Shown in pieces: positions 1 through 8,799 of a stretch of DNA of 64,000 nucleotides. The position numbers and the translations under genes are program-made. The stretch comes from a phage: the NCBI GenBank assembly GCA_018175075.1, contig GCA_018175075.1_4100.1; one strand, 5' to 3'. Every line of letters begins with the position of its first letter. The stretch's first letter is position 1. Below the pieces are notes generated by a model. It was not told where the DNA came from, made no database searches, and saw only the letters and a list, made by a program, of their open reading frames with translations.

Positions 1-165
1 CCTATTAGGAGTGGCAGTGTGAATAACAAAGAGTGGGAAGATTACCGCAAGAAGTGCCGAGAGTTTGATAAAGAACTCACAGGTGCAGTGAACGGGGTAA
101 TGTGGGTATCTGCAATTATTGCAGTACTTGGTTTGGGTGCTATTATTATTAATAAATTATTGTAA
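1..165 (+). CDS. 3' end of CDS entering from upstream; C-terminal TM helix
   Basis: frame 1 open from window edge to TAA 163-165; ...VMWVSAIIAVLGLGAIIINKLL. Confidence 0.4.
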   Translation, partial: PIRSGSVNNKEWEDYRKKCREFDKELTGAVNGVMWVSAIIAVLGLGAIIINKLL

Positions 166-173
166 GGACTAAT

Positions 174-374
174 ATGTTTACTTTATATCTTGCAGTAGTA
201 CTAACTAATGGTGAAATCACTCGCACCGTTGGTGAAGGTGTATATAAAACACCTGATCAGTGTTACTCTGTAACTCATTGGCCTCGTGATGCTGGTGATG
301 AATCTCGCACTGAATACAAATGTATGAAGGTTAAAGGTGACTTTGTAAATCTAAAGGTTATTGAGACTAAGTAA
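174..374 (+). CDS. hypothetical protein
   Basis: 66 aa; AAGGA SD; TAATG overlap with next gene. Confidence 0.6.
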   Translation: MFTLYLAVVLTNGEITRTVGEGVYKTPDQCYSVTHWPRDAGDESRTEYKCMKVKGDFVNLKVIETK

Positions 375-892
375 TGGATATTAATGAGTTGTTGAAATTA
401 GTGTTTAATCGTGAACGCCGCGATACAAGACCAATTGAATATCAAGATGTGATACGCATTGAAACTGATTTCTGTTATGGTAAAACAACTCATGACCTTT
501 TGAATCTCTCTGGAAAACGCTATGCTGATGTTTGTTTTTCAGAGAGAAGTGATGGTTCGGAAATAACGAGTACTGATATTGTTTGTTACGCACGCAGTGC
601 TGATAAATCTTATGAAATAGAACTTATATATTCCCCTAGTTCTAAAACAAATCATCACCGCCATATTTTATATGATGTTTACACACCACCTGGTATTGCT
701 GAATATTTTGTTATTGATTATAGTACTGAAGAAAATGTGTTTCAACAAAGTTTGATTCATAACTTTGAGGTGAATGATCCATTAGTACCAAAGTTGTTCA
801 AACTACTTGACACCATAGATGTTGATTTTGAATTTGTTATGTGCATTAGAACTTCTTTATTCAATGAATTCATGGAACTTTTTAATATATGA
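374..892 (+). CDS. hypothetical protein
   Basis: 172 aa; start/stop coupled to both neighbours. Confidence 0.65.
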   Translation: MDINELLKLVFNRERRDTRPIEYQDVIRIETDFCYGKTTHDLLNLSGKRYADVCFSERSDGSEITSTDIVCYARSADKSYEIELIYSPSSKTNHHRHILYDVYTPPGIAEYFVIDYSTEENVFQQSLIHNFEVNDPLVPKLFKLLDTIDVDFEFVMCIRTSLFNEFMELFNI

Positions 893-1110
893 ATAGATAC
901 TATGTTGTGTATGAACACGTCTCTGAATTTAATAACATACGCGGGTTTTCCAGAGTAGTCACCAAGATGGATGTATTCATTCGTGCTCTTAGTGAAGTAG
1001 ATGCACTGTTTAAATTGTTTGATGAAATTACAAAGTATAACACACCTAAAACACACCGCTATGTGGAAACTGTACATAGCATTATGCTAACTGAAAGTGA
1101 TGAGGAATGA
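889..1110 (+). CDS. hypothetical protein
   Basis: 73 aa; ATGA overlap with upstream stop. Confidence 0.6.
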   Translation: MNRYYVVYEHVSEFNNIRGFSRVVTKMDVFIRALSEVDALFKLFDEITKYNTPKTHRYVETVHSIMLTESDEE

Positions 1111-1113
1111 TAA

Positions 1114-1332
1114 ATGAATTTATATCTAGTTGAAGGTTTAGTACAAGTCTATAAACCAGAAGGTGAAGGTCAACGTTTTTCACACGTAGAAGAATTTAAG
1201 TACGTTGTACAGGCTGATGGTCAGTACGATGCGGAAATTCAAGTAGATGAATCATTCCGTAAGAAAAATGAAATTGGTAAATTTCAATACCAGAACTTAC
1301 AATATAAAGTATGGCCTAGTATAAATGACTAA
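1114..1332 (+). CDS. hypothetical protein
   Basis: 72 aa; GAGGA SD. Confidence 0.6.
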   Translation: MNLYLVEGLVQVYKPEGEGQRFSHVEEFKYVVQADGQYDAEIQVDESFRKKNEIGKFQYQNLQYKVWPSIND

Positions 1333-1540
1333 GATGTGGTGGTGTCATGGTGTATATAACGTGTATGTAAATGGTAGATATAAAATGTCTAGTACCTATG
1401 CAAGACGTGTTAATGCGAACAACCAAGTTGATGCTGCTTGTGAGATCATTGAGTGGTATGCTGAGTTCAATGCACCTGACTATATGTACGAAATAGTTAC
1501 AATAAATGTTGTACAAATCGATACATCTTTGATACAATAA
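1325..1540 (+). CDS. hypothetical protein
   Basis: 71 aa; 8-nt overlap upstream; alternative ATG at 1385. Confidence 0.45.
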   Translation: MTKMWWCHGVYNVYVNGRYKMSSTYARRVNANNQVDAACEIIEWYAEFNAPDYMYEIVTINVVQIDTSLIQ

Positions 1541-1572
1541 CCACATCAAAAAAATTGCATCTGAGGATACTT

Positions 1573-2235
1573 ATGTTAGTTAATCTTAATTTCATCACTT
1601 CACCTGACTGGGCATTACGTGGAGTTTCTTTAAACTTCAAGGAAACTATGTTTGACTACATTGGTGAGTGTACATTGGTAAATGCAACTTTTGATCCAAA
1701 TCATCCGTTTTGGGCTGAAATTCATGATCCAAATGTAAACAACAATACATCTGTTATGACTATTGTCCAGACTAAACATGCAGGTATCCTTGCAGGTTAT
1801 CGACCTGCACATGCAATTGAACACTTCACTGATTACGATGTCGTGGATGAATACCCAATGATCCATGAAGATGGAAGTCTATACACATCTGAAGACTTCC
1901 GTGCTATCTTTAATAGTACTGATGATATTCTACCAAGTGGACGTCCACGTCCTGAGTCTTATCTTATGCATCCATCTTATGGTGTAGCAGATACGCTTGA
2001 ACAGATTATGAATAAGTACAAGAACCTAATTGAAGGTCCAGAAGAAATTGTCCTGTGCTATCACCCAGTACTGAAGTCTGAACAACCAAAGGATGGTGGA
2101 TGGCGTTGGCATAAGAATGGTGATTATATTGGTACTAAACGAAGTAAAGAACGTTTTGAGTACTTGTATGATGAACCAGATGTTGATGTGGTTTTGTGTT
2201 ATAATTTTATTAAGGTGAAAAAGAAATGTATCTAG
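1573..2235 (+). CDS. hypothetical protein
   Basis: 220 aa from first ATG (track uses TTG at 1555). Confidence 0.65.
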   Translation: MLVNLNFITSPDWALRGVSLNFKETMFDYIGECTLVNATFDPNHPFWAEIHDPNVNNNTSVMTIVQTKHAGILAGYRPAHAIEHFTDYDVVDEYPMIHEDGSLYTSEDFRAIFNSTDDILPSGRPRPESYLMHPSYGVADTLEQIMNKYKNLIEGPEEIVLCYHPVLKSEQPKDGGWRWHKNGDYIGTKRSKERFEYLYDEPDVDVVLCYNFIKVKKKCI

Positions 2236-2465
2236 TACTAAGTTTTGTTGTTGCACTATTGTTTATGTTTTATCCTACACTAGTAGCATTAGCCACTAAA
2301 CGACCGATTGTAGATATCACTACTGTATTCTTGCTAAACGTGGCATTAGTACTGGTTTCTATTATCATTCCCGTGAGCTTTACTGTTATTGATATTATTT
2401 CGGTATTACTCTTCGTAATCAGTTATCTTATGCTTATTGAAGAAAAACCAGTTGACAACCATTAG
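2226..2465 (+). CDS. small membrane protein
   Basis: 79 aa, three hydrophobic helices. Confidence 0.6.
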   Translation: MYLVLSFVVALLFMFYPTLVALATKRPIVDITTVFLLNVALVLVSIIIPVSFTVIDIISVLLFVISYLMLIEEKPVDNH

Positions 2466-2479
2466 TAGTACTGTATAAT
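2452..2479 (+). promoter_or_regulatory. sigma70-type promoter
   Basis: TTGACA-N16-TGTATAAT with AGTACT abutting the extended -10; overlaps the 3' end of 2226 gene. Confidence 0.55.
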
Positions 2480-2525
2480 GGTTCCTGTAGTCTGAAACTT
2501 AACACTTAAACTTGAGGTAAAAAAT

Positions 2526-2852
2526 ATGCTATCAGTACTAATTTCAATTCCGTCTTTAATTCTGATTTGGCTTCTGGTTTACGAATGCTTTATTACTGAT
2601 GATAATGATAAAAAAGAGTTCTCTGAGTTGTTTATGCTTGATTCACCGATTGTGCGTATTTTCTATACAGTCGTTGTGGTTTCAGTAATTGTATGGGTTT
2701 TGAGTTTTATCTTCCCACTCGGTGCAGTAGTTAAAACTTTGGATTTAGTTGAGAACTTTGTTGCAATTATGTGGCTAATCAAAGCACTATTTGCAGGAAA
2801 TGTTAAAATTTGGATTGATATTATCAAATTCAAGTTCACGAATAAGATGTAA
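2526..2852 (+). CDS. small membrane protein
   Basis: 108 aa, hydrophobic helices; GAGG SD. Confidence 0.6.
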   Translation: MLSVLISIPSLILIWLLVYECFITDDNDKKEFSELFMLDSPIVRIFYTVVVVSVIVWVLSFIFPLGAVVKTLDLVENFVAIMWLIKALFAGNVKIWIDIIKFKFTNKM

Positions 2853-2878
2853 CAGTCAAAATACCTCTATAGTATTAA

Positions 2879-2915
2879 ATACTTCTGTACATATATATAG
2901 TACAGAAGTATTTCT
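2879..2915 (+). terminator. intrinsic terminator
   Basis: 12-bp stem ATACTTCTGTAC/GTACAGAAGTAT followed by TTTCT. Confidence 0.6.
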
Positions 2916-2930
2916 CGTTAGAGGTTTGTT

Positions 2931-3290
2931 ATGAAAAGTTATATAAAATTAATAGCACTTGTGTGTGCATTATTTTCATGTTTTAGTTATGGTGCAGCAG
3001 CAGAAACATATTGTCGTAGTACTAAGGGAACGTGGCATGTATTGACTAACGACCCTAGAAATGGTAAAAATATAGTTGTTGATGGCGTGATTTATCGTTT
3101 TAAAGTAGAAAGTATTATTGGTAATAAAAAAATCTCGACTTATAGAGATGATTCTGGTACATTAGCAAACGTAATATTAATTGTAGACCCAAGAACTGGT
3201 AATGGTGATATCTATATAGTAATTTACTTGGACTCATCGGTACGCCGTGACCTAGATATAGATAAATTGAACTTACACTGTGAAATATAG
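2931..3290 (+). CDS. secreted small protein, two-Cys family
   Basis: signal peptide MKSYIKLIALVCALFSCFSYGAAA; Cys near both ends of mature part (YCRS...LHCEI). Confidence 0.65.
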   Translation: MKSYIKLIALVCALFSCFSYGAAAETYCRSTKGTWHVLTNDPRNGKNIVVDGVIYRFKVESIIGNKKISTYRDDSGTLANVILIVDPRTGNGDIYIVIYLDSSVRRDLDIDKLNLHCEI

Positions 3291-3301
3291 GACTTAAAAA
3301 A

Positions 3302-3679
3302 ATGGTAAACACTATTTTACTTTTGTTGTTGAATATTCCAATTATTCTGTCTTTTTTAATTTCTATTTTTATGGCAGGATATTGTTTAGTTGCAGTAATT
3401 CATTTTATTTTAACAAACAAATATGTCCTAATTTCTAAGCTTGATTCTATTTTTGCTTGCGATTCAATGGCTTATAACTTATGGTTAATTTGTTCTTGCA
3501 TTATGGGAGTAACTTTCCTTCTGCATGTATTTGATGTCCTTGACCAAAAGTTCGTATACATCAGTACTGGATTGGCTCTTTATCCTGCTACGTGGTACTT
3601 GATTTACGTTGGTGATATATGGTATAGTACTTATAAAGAATATCAGTACAAGAAATCACTTAACGTTGGAGGAAAATAA
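3302..3679 (+). CDS. membrane protein
   Basis: 125 aa, about 4 hydrophobic helices; AGGA SD. Confidence 0.6.
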   Translation: MVNTILLLLLNIPIILSFLISIFMAGYCLVAVIHFILTNKYVLISKLDSIFACDSMAYNLWLICSCIMGVTFLLHVFDVLDQKFVYISTGLALYPATWYLIYVGDIWYSTYKEYQYKKSLNVGGK

Positions 3680-3681
3680 TC

Positions 3682-4032
3682 ATGAAAATTATTTTATTTT
3701 TTGTATGTATGTTAATGTGTGGATTGTCATATGCTGAACCATTGGAAGGTTTAGTTTGTACAGATGGTAATATTAAACATATCTATCAAGGTGATAGTGA
3801 CGATCGAGATATTGTATATATTGATGGACAATCATATACGTTTGTTAAAGAGCATACAGTAGGCGACATTAGCTTCACTGAGTTTTCTAACGACACAGAC
3901 CCTAACTTCTTAGCGTTTATTGAAGTAGATGTATATGAAGATAGTAATGGCACACAATATGCTAAATTAGTTATGATGCGTCGTGGTGCTAAAGAAACTA
4001 GTTTTGGTGGCTTGTGTAAATATAAGGATTGA
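3682..4032 (+). CDS. secreted small protein, two-Cys family
   Basis: signal peptide ...MCGLSYAEP; LVCTDG...GLCKYKD; GGAGG SD. Confidence 0.65.
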   Translation: MKIILFFVCMLMCGLSYAEPLEGLVCTDGNIKHIYQGDSDDRDIVYIDGQSYTFVKEHTVGDISFTEFSNDTDPNFLAFIEVDVYEDSNGTQYAKLVMMRRGAKETSFGGLCKYKD

Positions 4033-4036
4033 TATT

Positions 4037-4228
4037 ATGTTGATTTATCAAAGTGATAATATTCGTGTTATGCAGCATCCCTACTTACAAATCTTTGATG
4101 TGCAGCAGTATATGGAAGGTGATGACCCAAGAACCTATGGTCGTAAGTATGATTACTTCACTGTAAAGCAGTGTAATAATATTAACGAAGTACGACAATT
4201 AGTTCAAGAACTTCAAAACAAAGGTTGA
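4037..4228 (+). CDS. hypothetical protein
   Basis: 63 aa from ATG with AAGGA SD (track start 3983 overlaps upstream gene). Confidence 0.55.
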   Translation: MLIYQSDNIRVMQHPYLQIFDVQQYMEGDDPRTYGRKYDYFTVKQCNNINEVRQLVQELQNKG

Positions 4229-4254
4229 CTTCGGTCAGCCTTTTTTGTTATAAT
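4223..4254 (+). promoter_or_regulatory. fused terminator-promoter hairpin module
   Basis: GGTTGAC-TTCG-GTCAGCC + T6; TTGACT in the stem is a -35, TATAAT 18 nt downstream. Confidence 0.65.
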
Positions 4255-4282
4255 TCTCTTAATAAATTAGAGGATTTTAATT

Positions 4283-4723
4283 ATGTATGTATATCGTTTT
4301 GAACTTAAATTTAGTTACATTGAACCTAACTTAGATCCTGCACGAACTGTAGGTCCGTTTGCACGGTATTCAACCAGATACAGTACTAAAAATGGATTTG
4401 ACCGTTTGCTCATGACTACACCTTCTCAATTCCAACCTGAACCAACTGAGGATGGGATCTATTCAATCAAAAGTGGATGGGTATTTGGCTGTCAAAGTTT
4501 GAAAGATTTGTTCAGATTCTTCACTATGGACTTAGGTAAATTGCATCGTGCTGGGTTTGCTATATCTGTATATGAAGTTCCAGACCACCATGTAGACATT
4601 GGTCGTAATCAGGTTCAGTACTATTGCGGTAGTGCTAAATTAGTTCGTATCATGTCAGTTAAGGAAGCAAAGGATGAGTTCCGACAAAGTAAAAGAGAAA
4701 CACATGAGGTAATATATGGATAA
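4283..4723 (+). CDS. hypothetical protein
   Basis: 146 aa; AGAGGA SD; first gene after hairpin-promoter at 4223. Confidence 0.65.
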   Translation: MYVYRFELKFSYIEPNLDPARTVGPFARYSTRYSTKNGFDRLLMTTPSQFQPEPTEDGIYSIKSGWVFGCQSLKDLFRFFTMDLGKLHRAGFAISVYEVPDHHVDIGRNQVQYYCGSAKLVRIMSVKEAKDEFRQSKRETHEVIYG

Positions 4724-5060
4724 AACTCAAATAGAATTAAAGAAATTTGTTTCATTCTATCTTCCTGATGACCCACGTAATTCACAAAAAGATATTGAAT
4801 ATTATAATATCCTATCTAAACAGTTAATGAGAAAGTTTCAACAGTGTTTAACTATATTCAATACAGATGGAAGACGTAGATACCGAATCGTTTCAATGAA
4901 TGATGAAAACGCAAATTTCTTTGATTACGATGTGGTTTTTAGAGCATATAATGATGATCGTATAAAATTAAATTATGATCAAATTATACTTGACCTGAAT
5001 GTTATATGTGTTATAATCACTCACGTAGCCGAACTTAATGGTTTTAAAGAATGGTATTGA
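4716..5060 (+). CDS. hypothetical protein
   Basis: 114 aa; GAGG SD inside upstream gene. Confidence 0.6.
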   Translation: MDKTQIELKKFVSFYLPDDPRNSQKDIEYYNILSKQLMRKFQQCLTIFNTDGRRRYRIVSMNDENANFFDYDVVFRAYNDDRIKLNYDQIILDLNVICVIITHVAELNGFKEWY

Positions 5061-5074
5061 ATAGAGGATAACAT

Positions 5075-5341
5075 ATGAAGCTTAAATTACAATATAATGG
5101 ATTTACTTTACGTAATGATACTGAATTTATTAATCGTTCTCCTGGTGCTGAACTGTTTTTACGAGAGATGAACATTCCTTTCATCATTACTACAGTGGGC
5201 GACCGTGAAGTTCTACAATACGCAGAGCATCCGATCATTGATGTTCCTTGGTACTCTGAGCATATGTACATGGATATGGCACGTCGCTACAACTGTAAGT
5301 TCGTAGTTGAAGGTGATAAAATTACAGTCGAATTTAAATAA
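5075..5341 (+). CDS. hypothetical protein
   Basis: 88 aa; AGAGGA SD. Confidence 0.6.
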   Translation: MKLKLQYNGFTLRNDTEFINRSPGAELFLREMNIPFIITTVGDREVLQYAEHPIIDVPWYSEHMYMDMARRYNCKFVVEGDKITVEFK

Positions 5342-5352
5342 GGTAAATTAAA

Positions 5353-5646
5353 ATGATCAGTACTTCAGTTAATGAAAGCATCGTCGCTGACGTAGAAATG
5401 GTTAAAGAATGTGCAGATGAAACTCTTCGTGATATGTACATTAATGATTTAATTACTGAATACGGTAGTCGTGGTGTACACGAATTTATTCGTTTAAGTG
5501 GAGAGTTGATGAAAAATCGAATTCGTATGAAGCTTAACGTACATCCAAAAGCATGGGCATTTACATTAAAATACGCAGAAGATATTGTTAATTTGCGTCG
5601 AACTGAAGTATATGAACGTTTGCACAATGGTATGTTAGATAAATGA
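5353..5646 (+). CDS. hypothetical protein
   Basis: 97 aa; AAGG SD; followed by terminator. Confidence 0.6.
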   Translation: MISTSVNESIVADVEMVKECADETLRDMYINDLITEYGSRGVHEFIRLSGELMKNRIRMKLNVHPKAWAFTLKYAEDIVNLRRTEVYERLHNGMLDK

Positions 5647-5655
5647 TTGTAAAAT

Positions 5656-5682
5656 AGGAATTCTTAAATGAATTCCTTTTTG
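5656..5682 (+). terminator. intrinsic terminator
   Basis: AGGAATTC-TTAAAT-GAATTCCT + T5. Confidence 0.65.
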
Positions 5683-5698
5683 TTTATAAGGTATAGTA

Positions 5699-5920
5699 AT
5701 GAAATATATAGTACTTGTACTGATATTATTCAGTACTGTTGTAAGTGCTAAACAAAAAGAATATGTTAAATGTATAAATTATGAAGAGAAATATGTTGAA
5801 ACATATAAAAAAAGTATAATTAAAAACGTTTCGATTACTAACAGAGCAACAATCATTGTACTTAAAAATGGGTTAATTATGCTATATAAACCACACGTTA
5901 AATGTGAAATTATTAATTGA
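5699..5920 (+). CDS. secreted small protein, two-Cys family
   Basis: signal peptide MKYIVLVLILFSTVVSAKQ; YVKCIN...HVKCEIIN. Confidence 0.6.
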   Translation: MKYIVLVLILFSTVVSAKQKEYVKCINYEEKYVETYKKSIIKNVSITNRATIIVLKNGLIMLYKPHVKCEIIN

Positions 5921-5927
5921 GGAAATT

Positions 5928-6500
5928 ATGAATCGTAAAGGTCGTTTTAAAGTATCAAAAAAGAACAAAAGTTCTAGGTTTAAACCTATTGTTTTAACAG
6001 TTAAATCTAACAAAGATTTAACTGCACTTAGTAAAAAGATAATTTCATCTAAGATTGAAGTATCATACGTAAATTCATTAAAATATATGAATGTCAAACC
6101 ACTGGACCAACTCATTTCACTTATATTTGAACGTAATGATTTTGAGATATCAGTAGATGATTATAGAGCCTATAATGCTGGTTTCATTAATGTTACTTGT
6201 AATAAAAAACTAACTGAGTTGGAAAATTTGTCATGTATAATAAATCTAGATAAAGGTGTTGTGAAGTACCATTTTGTACATTTCACTAATATCAATAATG
6301 GAATGGGTGTACAATCCAGACCTATAGTGCCTACGTGTGATGTTACTAAATTAGCAAAGCTCAATGATGAAGAATATTTTCAAGAAAGCATTGTAACTGA
6401 GCATTTAGATGATATAATAGCTACTTACAAAGAATGCATATGGGTGTTGAATGCTATAAAACCTAAATTGTGTTTAATGAATATTGTTCGTGATTTATGA
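5928..6500 (+). CDS. hypothetical protein, basic N-terminus
   Basis: 190 aa from ATG with GAGGA SD (track start 5904 overlaps upstream stop). Confidence 0.6.
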   Translation: MNRKGRFKVSKKNKSSRFKPIVLTVKSNKDLTALSKKIISSKIEVSYVNSLKYMNVKPLDQLISLIFERNDFEISVDDYRAYNAGFINVTCNKKLTELENLSCIINLDKGVVKYHFVHFTNINNGMGVQSRPIVPTCDVTKLAKLNDEEYFQESIVTEHLDDIIATYKECIWVLNAIKPKLCLMNIVRDL

Positions 6501-6513
6501 ATGGGGAATCGTA

Positions 6514-6957
6514 ATGAGTTGGGTAAATGTTAATAGTATTGAACTTAACGAACAAGATATTTTTGCATTTGTAAATTTAACTAATAACACAGTACTAAAA
6601 GGGCGTTTGTTCAGTGCTAGTGATGGGTACAAATGGATCTCTTTGATGGATGATAGTGGTGTGATTTATAATGTAATGCAATTACCCCAATGGGTATATA
6701 GTAACACTGCTGACGATGTTCTTACCGCAGTTATGCGTGAGTTTGAAAAACTCCCAGGTGGTGATATCAAAAACAAAGTTTTTAATGCAGAACGTAAAAA
6801 TTATACAGCACAGCAATTGGAATCCCTTGCCATTGCTGCTTATCAAGCTGCTATTAAGAAGCCAGAGTGCGTTATTCTTAAGTATGTACCAGACTTAAAA
6901 CTTACGTTGGAAAACATGGATGCATTCATTTTTACATCTGAACTTGATCAGTACTAA
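6514..6957 (+). CDS. hypothetical protein
   Basis: 147 aa from MSWVNV; track start 6484 overlaps upstream gene. Confidence 0.6.
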   Translation: MSWVNVNSIELNEQDIFAFVNLTNNTVLKGRLFSASDGYKWISLMDDSGVIYNVMQLPQWVYSNTADDVLTAVMREFEKLPGGDIKNKVFNAERKNYTAQQLESLAIAAYQAAIKKPECVILKYVPDLKLTLENMDAFIFTSELDQY

Positions 6958-7072
6958 TTTAACTTTGGGACAACCATTCTTATTATGATATAATGTTTTA
7001 TGTCATTCGATATAAATGACAACGGAACTATAAATATTATAGTAAAATTTATCTCTTATAGGAGTTATAAAA

Positions 7073-7456
7073 ATGGTTGATAAATGGAATAAGAAAGATC
7101 CATCACATGATGTTGATATTTCTGGTCTAGACAATGCACATAAGCACAAGTATCTAGATTCACTAGGTCTTCTAAAACCAGACCAAAGTCTTGCACATGA
7201 TCGTCCATCCCGTGAAAAAGCATTTAGCCTAGAATCACTAGGTCATGAGCTTAATCGTGTGTTTGAGGATCACCCAATCTATGTACGTGATATTATCGAG
7301 AAACTTAAAGTAACTCCTAAAGAGCACTTTAAAGCAACTGTACACTCTGCATTCCGTGCATTACATGAATCTCTAAAGAAAACTCACAATCTTCGTAAAA
7401 TTCATGATGAAATCGTGAATGCAATCGAAAGTGAAAAACATAAGTTCAAGAAGTAA
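7073..7456 (+). CDS. hypothetical protein (short paralog of 8800..10059)
   Basis: AGGAG SD; KYLDSLGLLKPDQ and IIEKLKVTPKEHFKA motifs shared with 8800 gene. Confidence 0.65.
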   Translation: MVDKWNKKDPSHDVDISGLDNAHKHKYLDSLGLLKPDQSLAHDRPSREKAFSLESLGHELNRVFEDHPIYVRDIIEKLKVTPKEHFKATVHSAFRALHESLKKTHNLRKIHDEIVNAIESEKHKFKK

Positions 7457-7461
7457 TAAAA

Positions 7462-7494
7462 GGGTTGACTAAGGTCAGCCCTTTGTTGTATCAT
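7462..7494 (+). promoter_or_regulatory. fused terminator-promoter hairpin module
   Basis: GGGTTGAC-TAAG-GTCAGCCC + TTTGTT; TTGACT -35, TATCAT -10. Confidence 0.55.
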
Positions 7495-7523
7495 AACTTC
7501 TCAATATAACTGAGGTATCATAT

Positions 7524-7637
7524 ATGCAAGGTTTGAAATTTGTAGTTGCTGCACTCATCGCTGCTGTTGTAGTGGGTACAGTATGTTATTCAATTGACAC
7601 CTATATCAATACACCTAGTGTTGAACAAACCAAATAA
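7524..7637 (+). CDS. 37-aa single-pass membrane peptide
   Basis: below track cutoff; GAGG SD; VVAALIAAVVVGTV helix; first ORF after hairpin-promoter at 7462. Confidence 0.4.
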   Translation: MQGLKFVVAALIAAVVVGTVCYSIDTYINTPSVEQTK

Positions 7638-7645
7638 GGGATATC

Positions 7646-7909
7646 ATGGCTGAAACATTATCACTATATGCGTTAGTACTGTTATTTGTCGGATTTCTTC
7701 CCGCACTCATTACAGCCATTCGTGTTGTTAAACATGAAGCTGCATTGATTGTATGTAGTATTGGGTCGAACATTCTATTGTATTTCTTTTTGACAAATAC
7801 TATTGTACTGTTTGCTTTCTTTATCATGATTCTGTGGGTACTTGTAATTCTCGGATTCTTCATTTGGTCATTGGTTGATCCTAAGAAAAAATCAGGAGAA
7901 GTGAAATGA
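7646..7909 (+). CDS. small membrane protein
   Basis: 87 aa, three hydrophobic helices. Confidence 0.6.
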   Translation: MAETLSLYALVLLFVGFLPALITAIRVVKHEAALIVCSIGSNILLYFFLTNTIVLFAFFIMILWVLVILGFFIWSLVDPKKKSGEVK

Positions 7910-8202
7910 AATTAATTATAGCAATGATAATGTGTTTGGCTTTCCCTGTACTGGCTACTCCTAATCTGGACTGCACACTGTTGCGTTCAGATGGTGACAC
8001 ACTTGAAATCAACACATATGAACTCTTTGGTCCAAGTGTAGTGGAGAATGAAACCACCTACAATTTCAAAGCTATTGACTTTGAAGGTAATGTTCCAGTA
8101 CTAACTACAATGACTATTGACAAAACTACTTTACTCGGACGAATCACCACACAACGCGGAGAAAGTAAAACATTCACAGCGAAAGCTGACTGTAACTACT
8201 AA
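7906..8202 (+). CDS. secreted small protein, two-Cys family
   Basis: signal peptide MKLIIAMIMCLAFPVLATP; LDCTL...KADCNY. Confidence 0.65.
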   Translation: MKLIIAMIMCLAFPVLATPNLDCTLLRSDGDTLEINTYELFGPSVVENETTYNFKAIDFEGNVPVLTTMTIDKTTLLGRITTQRGESKTFTAKADCNY

Positions 8203-8223
8203 TGGTATAGTACAGTGAAAATA

Positions 8224-8254
8224 GGGTTGACTTCGGTCAACCTTTATATATAAT
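8224..8254 (+). promoter_or_regulatory. fused terminator-promoter hairpin module
   Basis: GGGTTGAC-TTCG-GTCAACCT; TTGACT-N16-TATAAT. Confidence 0.6.
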
Positions 8255-8267
8255 GGAAGAAATAAAC

Positions 8268-8795
8268 ATGGAACGTTGGAAATTAATTCCTGATTATGAC
8301 TATTCAATTTCTGATCATGGAAGAGTAAGAAACGAACAAACTGGATATATAAGTTGTGGATTTAAAAATAAAGATGGGTATGTGAAGGTCGATTTGTATC
8401 GCAATTCTGTGAAAAATAGAAAGGCGATTCATCGACTAGTAGCTGAAGCATTTTTACCACCACCCACACAGAAACAGTTACAGTGGGCGAGTAGAACAAA
8501 GAAAAAAGTTGTTCACATAAACCATAAAGATTGTAATAGAAGTAACAATCACTATTTGAATTTGGAATGGAACACAGCATCTGAAAACGTACTATATTCT
8601 TATTCACATGGTAACGCAACAACTAATCGTGGTGCTGCTGTGTTGACATGGGAAATTGTAAGAGAAATAAGAAAAGATTATAATGATAATTATAATGATG
8701 TGATAGAATATGCACGAGAAAATTGTAATAAATACCGTGTATGTAAAAAAACAATACGTCGTATTTTATACAATCAAACATGGATAGAGGATTAA
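8268..8795 (+). CDS. HNH homing endonuclease (NUMOD4-like N-terminus + HNH_3-type core)
   Basis: WKLIPDYDYSISDHGRVRN...; VVHINHKDCNRSNNHYLNLEWNTASEN; the 8253 ATG lies in the -10 box, so 8268 is preferred. Confidence 0.85.
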   Translation: MERWKLIPDYDYSISDHGRVRNEQTGYISCGFKNKDGYVKVDLYRNSVKNRKAIHRLVAEAFLPPPTQKQLQWASRTKKKVVHINHKDCNRSNNHYLNLEWNTASENVLYSYSHGNATTNRGAAVLTWEIVREIRKDYNDNYNDVIEYARENCNKYRVCKKTIRRILYNQTWIED

Positions 8796-8799
8796 AAAT

